64,000 bases of DNA, taken from contig OZ374564.1 of NCBI GenBank assembly GCA_977862235.1, positions 186,001 through 250,000 of the forward strand, written 5' to 3'. Within the stretch, counting starts at the first letter, position 1. Every line of letters begins with the position of its first letter. Below, in pieces: positions 1 through 10,366 of this stretch. A model generated the notes under the pieces. The model ran no database searches and was not told the origin of the DNA. It worked only from the letters and a program-made list of their open reading frames with translations. A program made the translations under genes and the position numbers. The DNA comes from Dudresnaya verticillata (lineage: Eukaryota).

Positions 1-1201
1 CCAAGGCTTTTTACCCTCGGGCAGCAATAATACAGAAAGTAGGGCCGTTATAACGTTATAACCGTTCTGCTTTCCTCAATGCGGTCCTCTTTGTGTCCTT
101 GTGACATTGTACGCCACAAATTGTTGGCAATCTCAAGACGAACAGGATCAATTTGTCCTTCTCCGGAAGGTTTGTGTGCATTCAATGGTCCTTTTGCATT
201 ATTAGATGTATGACATTACTGGCTTTGTCTATTCATAGATGACAGTAAACCTCGTTGCGAGCTCTTGAGCACTTGGTACGGAATAGGACTGCTCTGCCTT
301 AGTTTTATTAGCGGAGAGAAGAAGGCACAGTCGAAGCATAGCTCCAAATACCTGTTCTTTCTCTATAGCTCTGCGAACAGTACTACTGGGCTGCGTTCTT
401 GAAGTTGACAATTGATACTTCTGACGGGGTACGTACAGGACCCCTTTCTGTCTAAATGTTAACGTATCCAGAGCAGTACCGTAGGGTACATAGTACTTTA
501 CTACCTCGACGGTAAGTTTCTGCACGATGGAATGAGAATCCCTTCGCCGACAAAACTGAGTACAGACTGGTATTCTGAACTTGAAAGGGTTTGAAAGGAA
601 GGTGCTCGAGTGCCTTGAAGGTAAGCAAACATCTTTCCACAGCAGCAGCTCCTGGTTTTCCAAAACGGGCGCGGCGAAGGCACGCAGCCTATTGGAGAAG
701 CGGCGATCATTATAGCGTGAACCACAGCAAATTGGCAGTGCAGCACAGCAACCGCAGCAGCCGGCACCATTAACGCAACGAGCGGCACGGCGTACCGCCC
801 TGGCCGGCCAGAATGTTAACGCGTCAGAAATCGGCTCACGGAGCCGAAGCTTTGTGGAAAAGAGTGCTCCTTGCGACCGCCACACATCCCCTTTCTCTCC
901 CGGAGCTCAAAAGCTCACGCAATCTTGCGGGCCACATTCAGACCGTCCCAATTCCCCCCTGCGCCCGCTTTTGCACCAGTACAATATACACCTCCTATAA
1001 GCCTCACCGCCTCCCTCCCAATGCACCCAACCCGTCCCTACCGCCGTCCCTCCCGCCCAGCACCCCCACCCGCGCTCTTCGTGTTCCGGAAGCCATGCGC
1101 CAGAATCCGTGCCTCTGCTGCTGCTGAGCCTGCGCGTCTTCCTATCCCGCTCTCCGTCCACCTCTTTCGCGCACGCGTCGTGCGCACCGCTGTCGCTTGC
1201 C

Positions 1202-2731
1202 ATGCCTCTTCCATGGGTCGTTGCCAGCACCCATTCGCTCCGCCACGCTCCGTGCGCCCGTGCGCACCGACCACGGATACTCCAAGTCCTTCTCTCGCTC
1301 TTGCTGCTGCTGCTGCTTCAAACGCGCTCCGCCCACGCCAAGGTCGTCCAGATTCAGGTGCTGCACCGCCACGGTGCGCGTCCGCCGCTCAAAAAGCATC
1401 CGTTCAACCAGACTGAGGCAGAAAGCTCCTCTGGGCTCTTCCCGCAGGGGTCTGCCCAGCTGCGTGAGCTCGGCAGATATCTGCGCAAGACCTACATCGA
1501 GGATGGCGCCCCGAAGCAGATCGATGGCATCAACCCCGAGCGCCCAGGCAGGGATGGCTTGATCTCGTACAGCTCTAACTTTCGGCGAACACTTACGAGT
1601 GGCGCTTTTTTTCTGCGAGGGCTTTACCCTGGTCCAGGGATTACTGCGCAGCTAGTGTTTGGGAACGAGGAGAATGATTGGATTATTCGCGGGTATGCCA
1701 TTTGCGAGGCGCTTGCAAAAAAGTTTAAGGAGTTTGTGGAAAGCGACGAGTTTGTTGACAAGAAGCGGGAGGGAGGCAACGACGTTTTCGTCAAGGAGCT
1801 TGCGGAGAAGCTGAAGGACCAGCCTGGAACGTTTGATGAGGTTTACAACATTTATGACCGGTTTCAGATCTTGAACAATTCCAAGTATGGGTCAGACAAC
1901 TACGAGGACAAAATAACGGGGGCGCCACTAACGGTGCCTGAGATGGAGAGGCTGAAGGGCCTTGCGGATTGGTATGAGACGTCCAAGTACCACTTTGCAG
2001 AACACAACATCCATGTGGGGACGGGTCTAGTGCAAGAAATCATGAAGCGGATGCGGGCGATCATCCCTGGGCCGCCAGAAATTCCTTCGCACCGGATTGT
2101 ACACTATTCGGTGCACTATCCGACACTGCTGAGCTTGTGGTCGTCATTGCGGGCGGGGAACCCGGAGGAGAAGGCGACATCGCCGGCAGACAAGATTCCC
2201 GGTTATGGGGCGGCACTGGTGTTCGAACTGCACGAGATCGAGGGAAAGTTTGTGGTGCGGATGCAGTGGTTCCAGGGGGATTTGCTGCCGCTGGCGACTA
2301 CATCTGAGGGAACGGGCGGGAACCGGCAGGATAGGGAGTTCCCTGAGCCGGTGTTCAGCGGGGTGGCGATCGGGCGGGCCGGGTGCACGGACAAGGAAAA
2401 GGGATGTGATTTTGAGATGTTCTCGCGGGAAGTGGCGACGGCGGATCTGGGACGCGCGAAGTTTTGCCAGATATGCAAGGCGACGACAGCGGTGTGCGGA
2501 ACGCGGCAGGTGCAGGGGCCGGAAAGCCAGACGGGGGGACAGCAGTCTGGCGGGGGTGGGGTCGGCGGCAAGGTGACGGCAGGGGTGATCGGCGGGGTGA
2601 TTGGTCTGGTCGGGGGGCTCGGAATGGCGCTGGTGTACATGACTTGCACGGCAAGACGGAAACGGCACGGGATGAGGTATCAGACTGGGAGCTTTGACGG
2701 GGACCGAGGCGAAATGCCCGTGCTTCCATGA
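1202..2731 (+). CDS. Histidine acid phosphatase (branch 2), predicted type I membrane protein
   Basis: RHGxRxP motif (VLHRHGARPP), hydrophobic leader (ILQVLLSLLLLLLL), SSNFRRT substrate-Arg motif, C-terminal TM helix (VIGGVIGLVGGLGMALVY) then a basic tail. The ORF track starts at GTG 1109; first in-frame ATG is 1202. Confidence 0.85.
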   Translation: MPLPWVVASTHSLRHAPCARAHRPRILQVLLSLLLLLLLQTRSAHAKVVQIQVLHRHGARPPLKKHPFNQTEAESSSGLFPQGSAQLRELGRYLRKTYIEDGAPKQIDGINPERPGRDGLISYSSNFRRTLTSGAFFLRGLYPGPGITAQLVFGNEENDWIIRGYAICEALAKKFKEFVESDEFVDKKREGGNDVFVKELAEKLKDQPGTFDEVYNIYDRFQILNNSKYGSDNYEDKITGAPLTVPEMERLKGLADWYETSKYHFAEHNIHVGTGLVQEIMKRMRAIIPGPPEIPSHRIVHYSVHYPTLLSLWSSLRAGNPEEKATSPADKIPGYGAALVFELHEIEGKFVVRMQWFQGDLLPLATTSEGTGGNRQDREFPEPVFSGVAIGRAGCTDKEKGCDFEMFSREVATADLGRAKFCQICKATTAVCGTRQVQGPESQTGGQQSGGGGVGGKVTAGVIGGVIGLVGGLGMALVYMTCTARRKRHGMRYQTGSFDGDRGEMPVLP

Positions 2732-3902
2732 TGCAGAGAGGTTGTTGAAGTTGCTGTTTGCTCGCTTGGGAGCGAGAGCGAGATGAGCGGTTAACGTGAA
2801 GGTGGAGCGGTGGGTATGCATGCCTTGCGTTTTTTTCTTTTTGTCTTCCTTTGTCTAGAGAAGAGAAGACGCAGCGATATAAGCTGCAACGCTGCGCCGG
2901 CCGGGCGGGAAGGCGGGTCGGGGAGGATGGGCGAAACGGACACGCGAGGAGTTATCAGTTATCGAACGTGGACGAAGGAGGGGGGGGAGGGGCTCGCGCC
3001 ACGCGGGATGGGATGTGGATGCTGGGATGATGCAAGTGCTAGATCTAAAGCGCCCCGCGCGGGGGGCGCGGGTGGGTGTGCATGGACCGAGGTGGTGCAG
3101 ACTGCGGTTTGTTGTGACGGGGCGAGGTGAGGTGCAGGCCGCGGTGGCGCGCTCTGCTCGGGGAAAGCGGGCGGACCGCCGTGGCAGATGCAAGCGGCGC
3201 GACACGCAGAGCGGCCGACGAGGCCGTCGGATCGGTCAGAGCGTCGGTGTACGGCCGCGCGCGGTCGGACGACGCACGCGACCGCTCGCGCGGCGGCGTG
3301 ACAGCGTGGCCGTTTCGCGCGTGCAGTTCCCGCGCGCGCGAGTGCCCCGATGCGCGCGGCGCGGCGGCGTTGGCGGACCGGACGGCGCGCGGCGCGGCGC
3401 GGCGCGCGCGGTGGAACGCGCGGGTGATCAAGTTTTGCGCATAAATTTGGCGCGGCGCGCGGATGGAGATCGCGAGAGGTGTGCCAGCGGGATCGAAAAC
3501 AACAAATTCCGTAATTCCCGCACCGGATCAACCGGTCCTGCCGCCATCGATGACGTATCGCGCTCCGCGCCCTCTCCCGCAGCCCCGCGCTGCATTCGTG
3601 CCCCGATCCGCCGTCCGCACCGCTTCCGCTGGGCCGCGGCAAGCCCCGCTTGATCTGCGCCGTCCGCGCGCGCGACCCCTGCGCCCAGAACCGCCTTCGC
3701 GGGGCGTTTCGCTGTTCCCCCGCCCAAAACCCTTCTTAAACCCCCCCCCCCCCCCCCCCACCCCACCCGACTGTCAACCCCACCCGCCAACACACATCAC
3801 GAACTTGCGCGTGCGGACCATTCGCACCCACTCTTCCTCGCGCCCGACCTTCCCACATCTTCACGTACGCTCTCTCCCCACCACACTTGCCACGCCAGCC
3901 CG

Positions 3903-6900
3903 ATGTCGCACTACGGAGGCGGCGGTGGTGCCGGTGGCTATGACGACTACCACCAGGGCGGCGGCGGTGGTTCCTACGGCGGCGGCGGTGGTTCCTATGG
4001 CGGCGGTGGCGGTGGTGGCGGCGGCTACCGGGGCTACGGCGGCGGCGGCAACATGGGCCACGACGGTGGCAACGGCGGCGGCGGCCGCTACGACCGCGGT
4101 TTCCGCGGCAGAGACAATCGTGGCGGCGGCCGCGGCAGGGGCGGCGGTGGTTTCCGTGGCGGCCGCGGTGGCGGTGGCCGCGGAGGCGGCGGCCGCGGTG
4201 GCCGCGGCGGTGGTGGCGGTGGCGGCGGTGGCCGTCCGCAGCAGCCGCGGAGGGAGCCGCTGCCCACCCCGGCAGAGGTCATCGAGCAGCTCGAGAAGCT
4301 CGGCGCTGCATGCCGCAACAACCGCTACGGGAAAAGGGGCACCCCGACAGAGCTCAAGGTCAACTGCTACCCGACCGACCTGTCCGACCTGGGCGACATA
4401 ATCCACCACTACGACATCAACTATGAGGTTATGGAAGACCCCAACGAGCAGCCGAGTGGTGGACGAGGCGGCCGCGGACGCGGTCGCGGAAGGGGTGGAG
4501 GTCGCGGCGGCCACCAGGGCTCCGCCGGCGGCAGCGGCCCCAATGGTGGTAAGATGCTCACGGCTGACGACCGCCCGCTTCCGCTCCCGATCGCCACCAA
4601 GCTCATTCGTGATGTCGAGAGGCACAACCGCGATGCCTTCAACAACCAGAAGATTGCCCATGACGGTCGCAAGAATGCCTACCTCGCCAGTGACCCGGGC
4701 TGGCATCAGCGTTGCTTCCCGGCTGAGCGTGAGGGCGTCAAGTACTTTGTCCACTTCAAGTTTGCCAACCCTGTCCCCATGTCGCATCTCATCAAGTACA
4801 TGAACAAGGAGACCCCCACTGTTCCGCAGGAGGCCGTCACGCTCTTGGACATTGTCTTACGCACCGCTCCGCTCCGTGAGTACACGTACACTGGCAAGGC
4901 CTTTGCCATTCCTGCTGAAGATACCAACATTGCCCAGCTCCGCCTGGGCGAGGGTTGCGAGGCCTGGATGTGCTACTACCAGGCCTTCCGCCCGCACGAC
5001 ACCGGTATGTACCTTGCCTTTGATGTCACATACAGTGCATTCTACACCTCGCAGACCGTGCTGGACTATGCTGTCGAGCTTCTCAGCAAGCCGGGAGCCA
5101 TGGCTGCATCCGAGGGGGCTAGCGCTTCCCCGTTCCCCAACCCTCTCACCCATTTACAGATCGGTCGCCTGGATAACGAGCTCCGCATGATCAAGGTGTA
5201 TCAGAACTTCCGCCCTGCCGTAGATCGCGAAGTCAAGAGGATTAAGAGCATCTCCAGTGAAGGTGCCGACCGTCTCACGTTTGAAGACCCGGAATCTGGT
5301 CGAGGCATAAGTATTGCTGAGTACTATGCCAATATGGGTCAGACCCTTGAGTACCCTCACCTTCCGTGCGTCAACACCCAGTCGGGTAAGCAGGGTGCCA
5401 CTTGGATCCCATTGGAGAAGGCTACCATCAATCCAGGCCAGCGCCGTGAGAGGCCGATGCCTCAGGAGATGAAGGAGCGCATGGCCAACATTGGTGCCCG
5501 CAGCCCTCGTGTTCGCCTCAAGGAGATTGAGGAAACTCTCGAGACGGTCAACAACGAAACAAAGGAGTACCTGGAGGCCTTTGGTGTTCGAGTCAACCTG
5601 GATCGTCTTACCGTTCCGGCCCGCATTCTTGAGCCGCCGCGCATAGAGTTTGCACACCCCCATGGTTGTCCTCTCAAGACCAATCCGTTTGGTAGCAATG
5701 AGTTTGATTGGATGTCCGTTCCGTCTCCATATGTGCAGCCGGCAGACGGCGGACTCAAGTCCTGGGGTGTTTTGATCCTTGCCAAACACGTCAGCACGTA
5801 TGAGGCACAACGGTTTGCGGCAGCGGTTATGTTCGTTCTGCGTGAAAAGGGTGTCGAGTGCGAGATCCCAGAGTTTCATCTCAGCTGGACCCCGATCCTT
5901 CAAAAAGGTATGGTTGATCTTCTTGATAAGATCAACAACAACACGCGTTTCAAGGGACGTCGTTGTCAGCTCGTCATGGTTATCAAGGAGACTACGGCAT
6001 CCCGTGACTACAATCAGATTAAGAACATGGGTGATACCATGCTTGGCATTCCGACGCAGTGCGTGGTTTCAGGCAACGCACAGCGTCCGAAGTTGCTTTA
6101 CTGCCGTAACCTTTGTCTTAAGATCAATGCTAAGTTGGATGGCATCAACCATCGTATTGAGCCAGTGCACTACCTCCCGCTCGGGGGCAGGTGCATGGTC
6201 ATTGGTGCTTCGGTTTCTCATCCGTCTGGCCTGCATGCTGTTGGAGATGCCCAGTCCATTGCCGCAGCAGTTGGCAGTTTGGACAAGCGTTGTGCTCGCC
6301 AGGCTGCGTGCTACTCTCAGCAGGACTCAAAGGTGGAAGGCATCGAAAACATGGGTAGCATGGTGAAACAGCTTGTGAGCTTCTTCGCTGCCCAGGAAAG
6401 GTACTTGCCGGATCACCTCCTGATCTACCGCAATGGTGTTGCTGATGGGCAGTTCCCGAAGCTGCTCAGCAAGGAGCTGGCCGATATCAAGACGGAGCTG
6501 ATTTCCTTGGGTAGGCAGGATGACTTCAAGAATGACTTTGGAGGCAAGGACTACGACCCGAAGATCACGTTTATAGTCATGCAGCGCGGTCATCACACGA
6601 GATTCCATCCAGTGGATGAGGCGTTTGAGGACGCGTCTGGGAATTGTATGCCGGGCACGGTTGTGGATCAGCAAGTGTCGCATCCGATCTACTATGACTT
6701 CTACCTGATCAGCCACAATGGGATCAAGGGAACGTCACGCCCGATGCGTTACACGGTGCTGAAGGATGAAATCGGGTTTGAACCAGACGACATTCAGAGT
6801 TTCACCTACAGCCTTTGCTTCACTTTCCAGCGCTGCACGCGCAGTGTGTCTATTGTGCCGCCGGTGTATTACGCGGACCTGCTGGCTACTCGTGGACAGG

Positions 6901-7055
6901 CGCACTTGGCGGCCAGGAACCCGCCGCGTTACAAGCCGAAAGACAATCAGCCGTTTCTGCATCCGATGGTTCTGGACGTGCTGCCTGCCCATGTGATGAA
7001 GGTAGACGATATGAACTTCCACGAAGATTTGTGCAAGCGCTTCTTCTACGTGTAA
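3903..7055 (+). CDS. AGO: Argonaute protein (Gly/RGG-rich N-terminus, PAZ, MID, PIWI)
   Basis: PAZ-like SIAEYY..LEYPHLPCV; MID YNQIK..GIPTQCV and NLCLKINAKL; PIWI PKITFIVMQRGHHTRF, PGTVVD, DFYLISH, GTSRP, RSVSIVPPVYYA. Single exon, 1050 aa. Confidence 0.97.
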   Translation: MSHYGGGGGAGGYDDYHQGGGGGSYGGGGGSYGGGGGGGGGYRGYGGGGNMGHDGGNGGGGRYDRGFRGRDNRGGGRGRGGGGFRGGRGGGGRGGGGRGGRGGGGGGGGGRPQQPRREPLPTPAEVIEQLEKLGAACRNNRYGKRGTPTELKVNCYPTDLSDLGDIIHHYDINYEVMEDPNEQPSGGRGGRGRGRGRGGGRGGHQGSAGGSGPNGGKMLTADDRPLPLPIATKLIRDVERHNRDAFNNQKIAHDGRKNAYLASDPGWHQRCFPAEREGVKYFVHFKFANPVPMSHLIKYMNKETPTVPQEAVTLLDIVLRTAPLREYTYTGKAFAIPAEDTNIAQLRLGEGCEAWMCYYQAFRPHDTGMYLAFDVTYSAFYTSQTVLDYAVELLSKPGAMAASEGASASPFPNPLTHLQIGRLDNELRMIKVYQNFRPAVDREVKRIKSISSEGADRLTFEDPESGRGISIAEYYANMGQTLEYPHLPCVNTQSGKQGATWIPLEKATINPGQRRERPMPQEMKERMANIGARSPRVRLKEIEETLETVNNETKEYLEAFGVRVNLDRLTVPARILEPPRIEFAHPHGCPLKTNPFGSNEFDWMSVPSPYVQPADGGLKSWGVLILAKHVSTYEAQRFAAAVMFVLREKGVECEIPEFHLSWTPILQKGMVDLLDKINNNTRFKGRRCQLVMVIKETTASRDYNQIKNMGDTMLGIPTQCVVSGNAQRPKLLYCRNLCLKINAKLDGINHRIEPVHYLPLGGRCMVIGASVSHPSGLHAVGDAQSIAAAVGSLDKRCARQAACYSQQDSKVEGIENMGSMVKQLVSFFAAQERYLPDHLLIYRNGVADGQFPKLLSKELADIKTELISLGRQDDFKNDFGGKDYDPKITFIVMQRGHHTRFHPVDEAFEDASGNCMPGTVVDQQVSHPIYYDFYLISHNGIKGTSRPMRYTVLKDEIGFEPDDIQSFTYSLCFTFQRCTRSVSIVPPVYYADLLATRGQAHLAARNPPRYKPKDNQPFLHPMVLDVLPAHVMKVDDMNFHEDLCKRFFYV

Positions 7056-7240
7056 CTATAATAACGCGGATGGGGTATCTAGCTAGGTGCTTTGCTCCGC
7101 GAAGCTTGCGACACTTCTATATTGTCGATTTGTGTGATTAAAACAAGATGCATTTCCGATGTTTGCAGATGCATAGCAAAAAAAAACAATGAGGGTGTTG
7201 TGGGCACTGTAGCTGTGCTGTAGGATGGGTATGGCGACTG

Positions 7241-8527
7241 CTATCGCGGTGGTGATTGTCCACGAGCGACTTGCAACATTTCAGAGATTGACTCCAGCTT
7301 TACCCTTCCATTTCGCCTGCCATGTTCTCTACCTCTCCGGCGCTCCTCCTCGTCTATGCGCAACCAGCCGTGCCAGTCAACGACCTCGACACCAGTGGCG
7401 CGCTGCCAGTCATCGAGTCCCGGTCTGCAAGAAATGGCGTCGGTGTCGACCGGGGGCATGGCTGCAACAACAGTCTCTGCATCAACTTTGTTATCGCCAA
7501 TGATGCCTCTGCCCTTCCCATTCGCCCAGCCAACGCGGTACCCAGGGCCGCTGCCGCCCTGATAGCCCAAGCTGAGAAAGACGGCATCGCGCACAAGCTC
7601 CTCATCAACGGCGTCATCGGCAGTGGCCCTCAGATTCAAGGTGACACGGCCGTCAGGCCGGTCGGCAAACGCAGTGGGCTCCTGCAAGAAGCGGAGTCGA
7701 AGCAGCCTTGCATCTGGATCAACGGGGGACGACTCGTCGACAGTACGCTCGGCAAGCAGCTTTAGACAGCGCTTTTGTGGGCGCAGCAGGTCGTCGCGGC
7801 GCAGGTCGCGTTGGACAAGGGCGCGCGGAGCGACAGCGACGACGGCAGGGACCTTCGTAAGCAGCTCGCGCAGGGCGGCGGCAGTCCACTTGGCATCGAC
7901 GGGGCTGCGGCGGCCGACAAGGTCGACGCCACGCACGCGTGCGTCGCGCAGGACGGCAAGCGCACGCGGGGATACGTCTGTGTCTTCGAGGCTGTCGGCG
8001 GGGCGCAGCAGGACGCGGGCAACGTCGATGGCGACGTTGCCGACGCCGACGACTGCGACGCGCGGGTCAGGGCGCAGCAGGCGTTGCTCGATCTCGCGGC
8101 GGGCCGACGCGGGCAGCTCTGGGTGGCCGTTCGCCCAGTGGGCGAAGGCGTGGGCGGGGAGCACGCCGGATGGGGCGGCGGCGGCTTCGGCGAGCGACGG
8201 GTGCAGCCGCGGGGCCGACGCGCCCGTGGCGTGCACGACGACGTGGTAGCGGCGCGACAGCTCTGCCGGCGGGAGGCGCGTGGCCGGGCCGGTGGCGACG
8301 TTGCCGAGGAAGCGGATGCGCGCGTTGGAGAAGGTCGTGGACAGCTGCGTGATGGCGTTCTTGGTGGACGGGTGGTCCGGGGAGACGCCGTAGCGCACGA
8401 GCCCGAACGGGACCGGCAGCCGCTCCAGCACGTCCACCACGCAGGTCGGGTAGCGCGACGCCAGCGCTCGCGCTGCGTACAGGCCTGCCGGACCGGCGCC
8501 CACGACCGCGGCGCGCAGGTGCGGCAT
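7241..8527 (-). CDS. NADPH:adrenodoxin oxidoreductase (ferredoxin reductase family)
   Basis: FAD motif VVGAGPAG, PFGLVRYGVSPDHP, NADP motif VGVGNVAIDVAR, C-terminal W.RID..E..RG...K. Confidence 0.92.
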   Translation of the reverse strand: MPHLRAAVVGAGPAGLYAARALASRYPTCVVDVLERLPVPFGLVRYGVSPDHPSTKNAITQLSTTFSNARIRFLGNVATGPATRLPPAELSRRYHVVVHATGASAPRLHPSLAEAAAAPSGVLPAHAFAHWANGHPELPASARREIEQRLLRPDPRVAVVGVGNVAIDVARVLLRPADSLEDTDVSPRALAVLRDARVRGVDLVGRRSPVDAKWTAAALRELLTKVPAVVAVAPRALVQRDLRRDDLLRPQKRCLKLLAERTVDESSPVDPDARLLRLRFLQEPTAFADRPDGRVTLNLRATADDAVDEELVRDAVFLSLGYQGGSGPGYRVGWANGKGRGIIGDNKVDAETVVAAMPPVDTDAISCRPGLDDWQRATGVEVVDWHGWLRIDEEERRRGREHGRRNGRVKLESISEMLQVARGQSPPR

Positions 8528-9085
8528 GTGGGCGGCGGCTGCCGGGAGGTCGGGCGATGGTGCGGCGGATCGGAGGGACGCGGCTTGGGAGGGTTTTGCG
8601 GCGGCGTTGCGGCGAAGGGGATGGCACCGCCGCGCGCGATCGCGATCCTGAGAGAGGCCGCGCGCGGCGGAGCGTCATGCGAGCGCGCGGGCGTGCGTGA
8701 CACGAAGCTCGAAATGCGCGCTGTGGAAGCCGCCGCGCGCCACCTGCGCGCCGCCACCTGCGACGCGTCGGGCCGGGCCAACCGCCCCGCGTGGCGCGTC
8801 CGTCAACGCCGCGCCGCGTGCGCGCACACGTCGCCGCGACCGGTGGCGCGCGCTGTGGAATCTGCGTCAGCCGCGCCATTGGCCGCGTGCAAAAACTTGC
8901 AGCGCAGATCCGTCCCGAACCGCCGCCACCCTCATCCCGCGCAATTCGCGTCTGCATCAACCCCGCGCTCGCCCCGCACCGAGCAAATCCCGTCCCCCGT
9001 GTCTTACTTCCACATCACCAAATTATCCTCCCCCCCCCCGTCCCCCACCACCGCCACCACCGCCACCACCATCCCCGCTACCGCA

Positions 9086-10366
9086 ATGGGCGCCGCCGCC
9101 AACTCCCCGCCGGTCTCCCCGTCCTGGAGCGTCCCGCCCGCCCCATCCGACCCAATCCTCGCCCTGTACCAAGCCTACCTCCGCGACCCCGACCCGCACG
9201 CCACAAACTTGTCTGTGGGTGCGTACCACGCCGCGGATGGCACCCCGCACGTCTTCCGCGCCATAGCCGCCGCGGCCGCCTCAGCCGCACCAAACCCGTC
9301 GCGCTCCTACCTCCCGATCTCCGGCCTACCGGCCCTCCGCGACGCCGCCCTCCCGTTAATCTACGGCCCGTCCCCGTCCATCCACGCCCGCACAGCTCTG
9401 CTTCACACCGTCTCCGGCTCGTGCGCCCTCCGCCTCGCCCTCTCCTTCTGCGCTCGCGTCCTGCACGCACGCGTCGCCCTGGTCGCCAACCGAGCCTGGC
9501 CCAACCATGCCCACCTCGCTGCCGCAGAGGCACTCAAGGTCTCGCGCTACATCTACTACAGCCCGTCTACGCACAGCCTCGACTTCCCCGCCCTACTCGC
9601 AGACCTCCGCACAGCCCCGCCGCAAGCAGTCCTGCTCCTCCAACCCTGCGCGCACAACCCCACCGGTTGCGACCTCACCCCAACCCAATGGTGCGCCGTT
9701 GCAGACCTCGTCCAGTCCCGCGCCTTGATCCCCATCTTCGACATGGCCTATCAGGGCCTGTCCTCGGGCGATATACACGCCGACGCCCACCCAGTCCGCA
9801 TGTTCGTTCAGCGTGGTATCAACGTGATCGTCGCGCAGTCCTTCAGCAAGAACCTCGGCCTGTACAACTCACGCGTTGGCACCGTCAGCGTATGTCTCGC
9901 CCCGGCCCCCGAGACCGCCCAGGTCGCACGTAACATCTTCGGCCAGTTGTGCTGGCTCGCGCGCGCCACCTACTCCAGCCCGCCCGCCGAGGGCGCCCGT
10001 CTAGCAGCCACGGTGCTCACCGAGCCGCGCTTGCGTGCCGAGTGGGAGACAGAGCTAAGCGAGATGGTCGCGCGCATGCGCACCATGCGAAGCCGCTTGC
10101 GCGAGGAGCTTGAGCGTGGCGGCGGGGAACGGAAGTGGGCGTTTGTCGAGGAGGGCAACGGTATGTTTGTCATTCTGGGGCTTGACGAAGGTATGGTTGA
10201 CCGGCTCCGAGAGCGTCATCACGTTTATGTGACAAGGGATTCGAGGATAAATGTCGCAGGCTTGACTGAGAAGAATGTTGGTAGGGTCGCCGAGTCCGTT
10301 CGAGAGGTGATTGCTCATGCAAAGTTTGAGGCCGAGAGCAGTCGCGTAAAGGATGTACATCAGTAA
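9086..10366 (+). CDS. Aspartate aminotransferase (class I PLP enzyme)
   Basis: PSDPIL, LSVGAY, WPNH, CAHNPTGCD, FDMAYQG, SFSKNLGLY (PLP lysine), SRINVAGL. Start placed at ATG 9086; the upstream part of the 7775 ORF is the antisense shadow of the reductase gene. Confidence 0.93.
   Translation: MGAAANSPPVSPSWSVPPAPSDPILALYQAYLRDPDPHATNLSVGAYHAADGTPHVFRAIAAAAASAAPNPSRSYLPISGLPALRDAALPLIYGPSPSIHARTALLHTVSGSCALRLALSFCARVLHARVALVANRAWPNHAHLAAAEALKVSRYIYYSPSTHSLDFPALLADLRTAPPQAVLLLQPCAHNPTGCDLTPTQWCAVADLVQSRALIPIFDMAYQGLSSGDIHADAHPVRMFVQRGINVIVAQSFSKNLGLYNSRVGTVSVCLAPAPETAQVARNIFGQLCWLARATYSSPPAEGARLAATVLTEPRLRAEWETELSEMVARMRTMRSRLREELERGGGERKWAFVEEGNGMFVILGLDEGMVDRLRERHHVYVTRDSRINVAGLTEKNVGRVAESVREVIAHAKFEAESSRVKDVHQ

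Noticed and set aside
229..885. 218-aa minus-strand ORF
   Set aside because: Non-ATG start, runs through the phosphatase promoter, no motif; at most a decayed fragment.
7775..9085. 437-aa N-terminal extension of the aminotransferase ORF
   Set aside because: It is mostly the antisense frame of the GC-rich reductase gene plus promoter; homology begins after ATG 9086.
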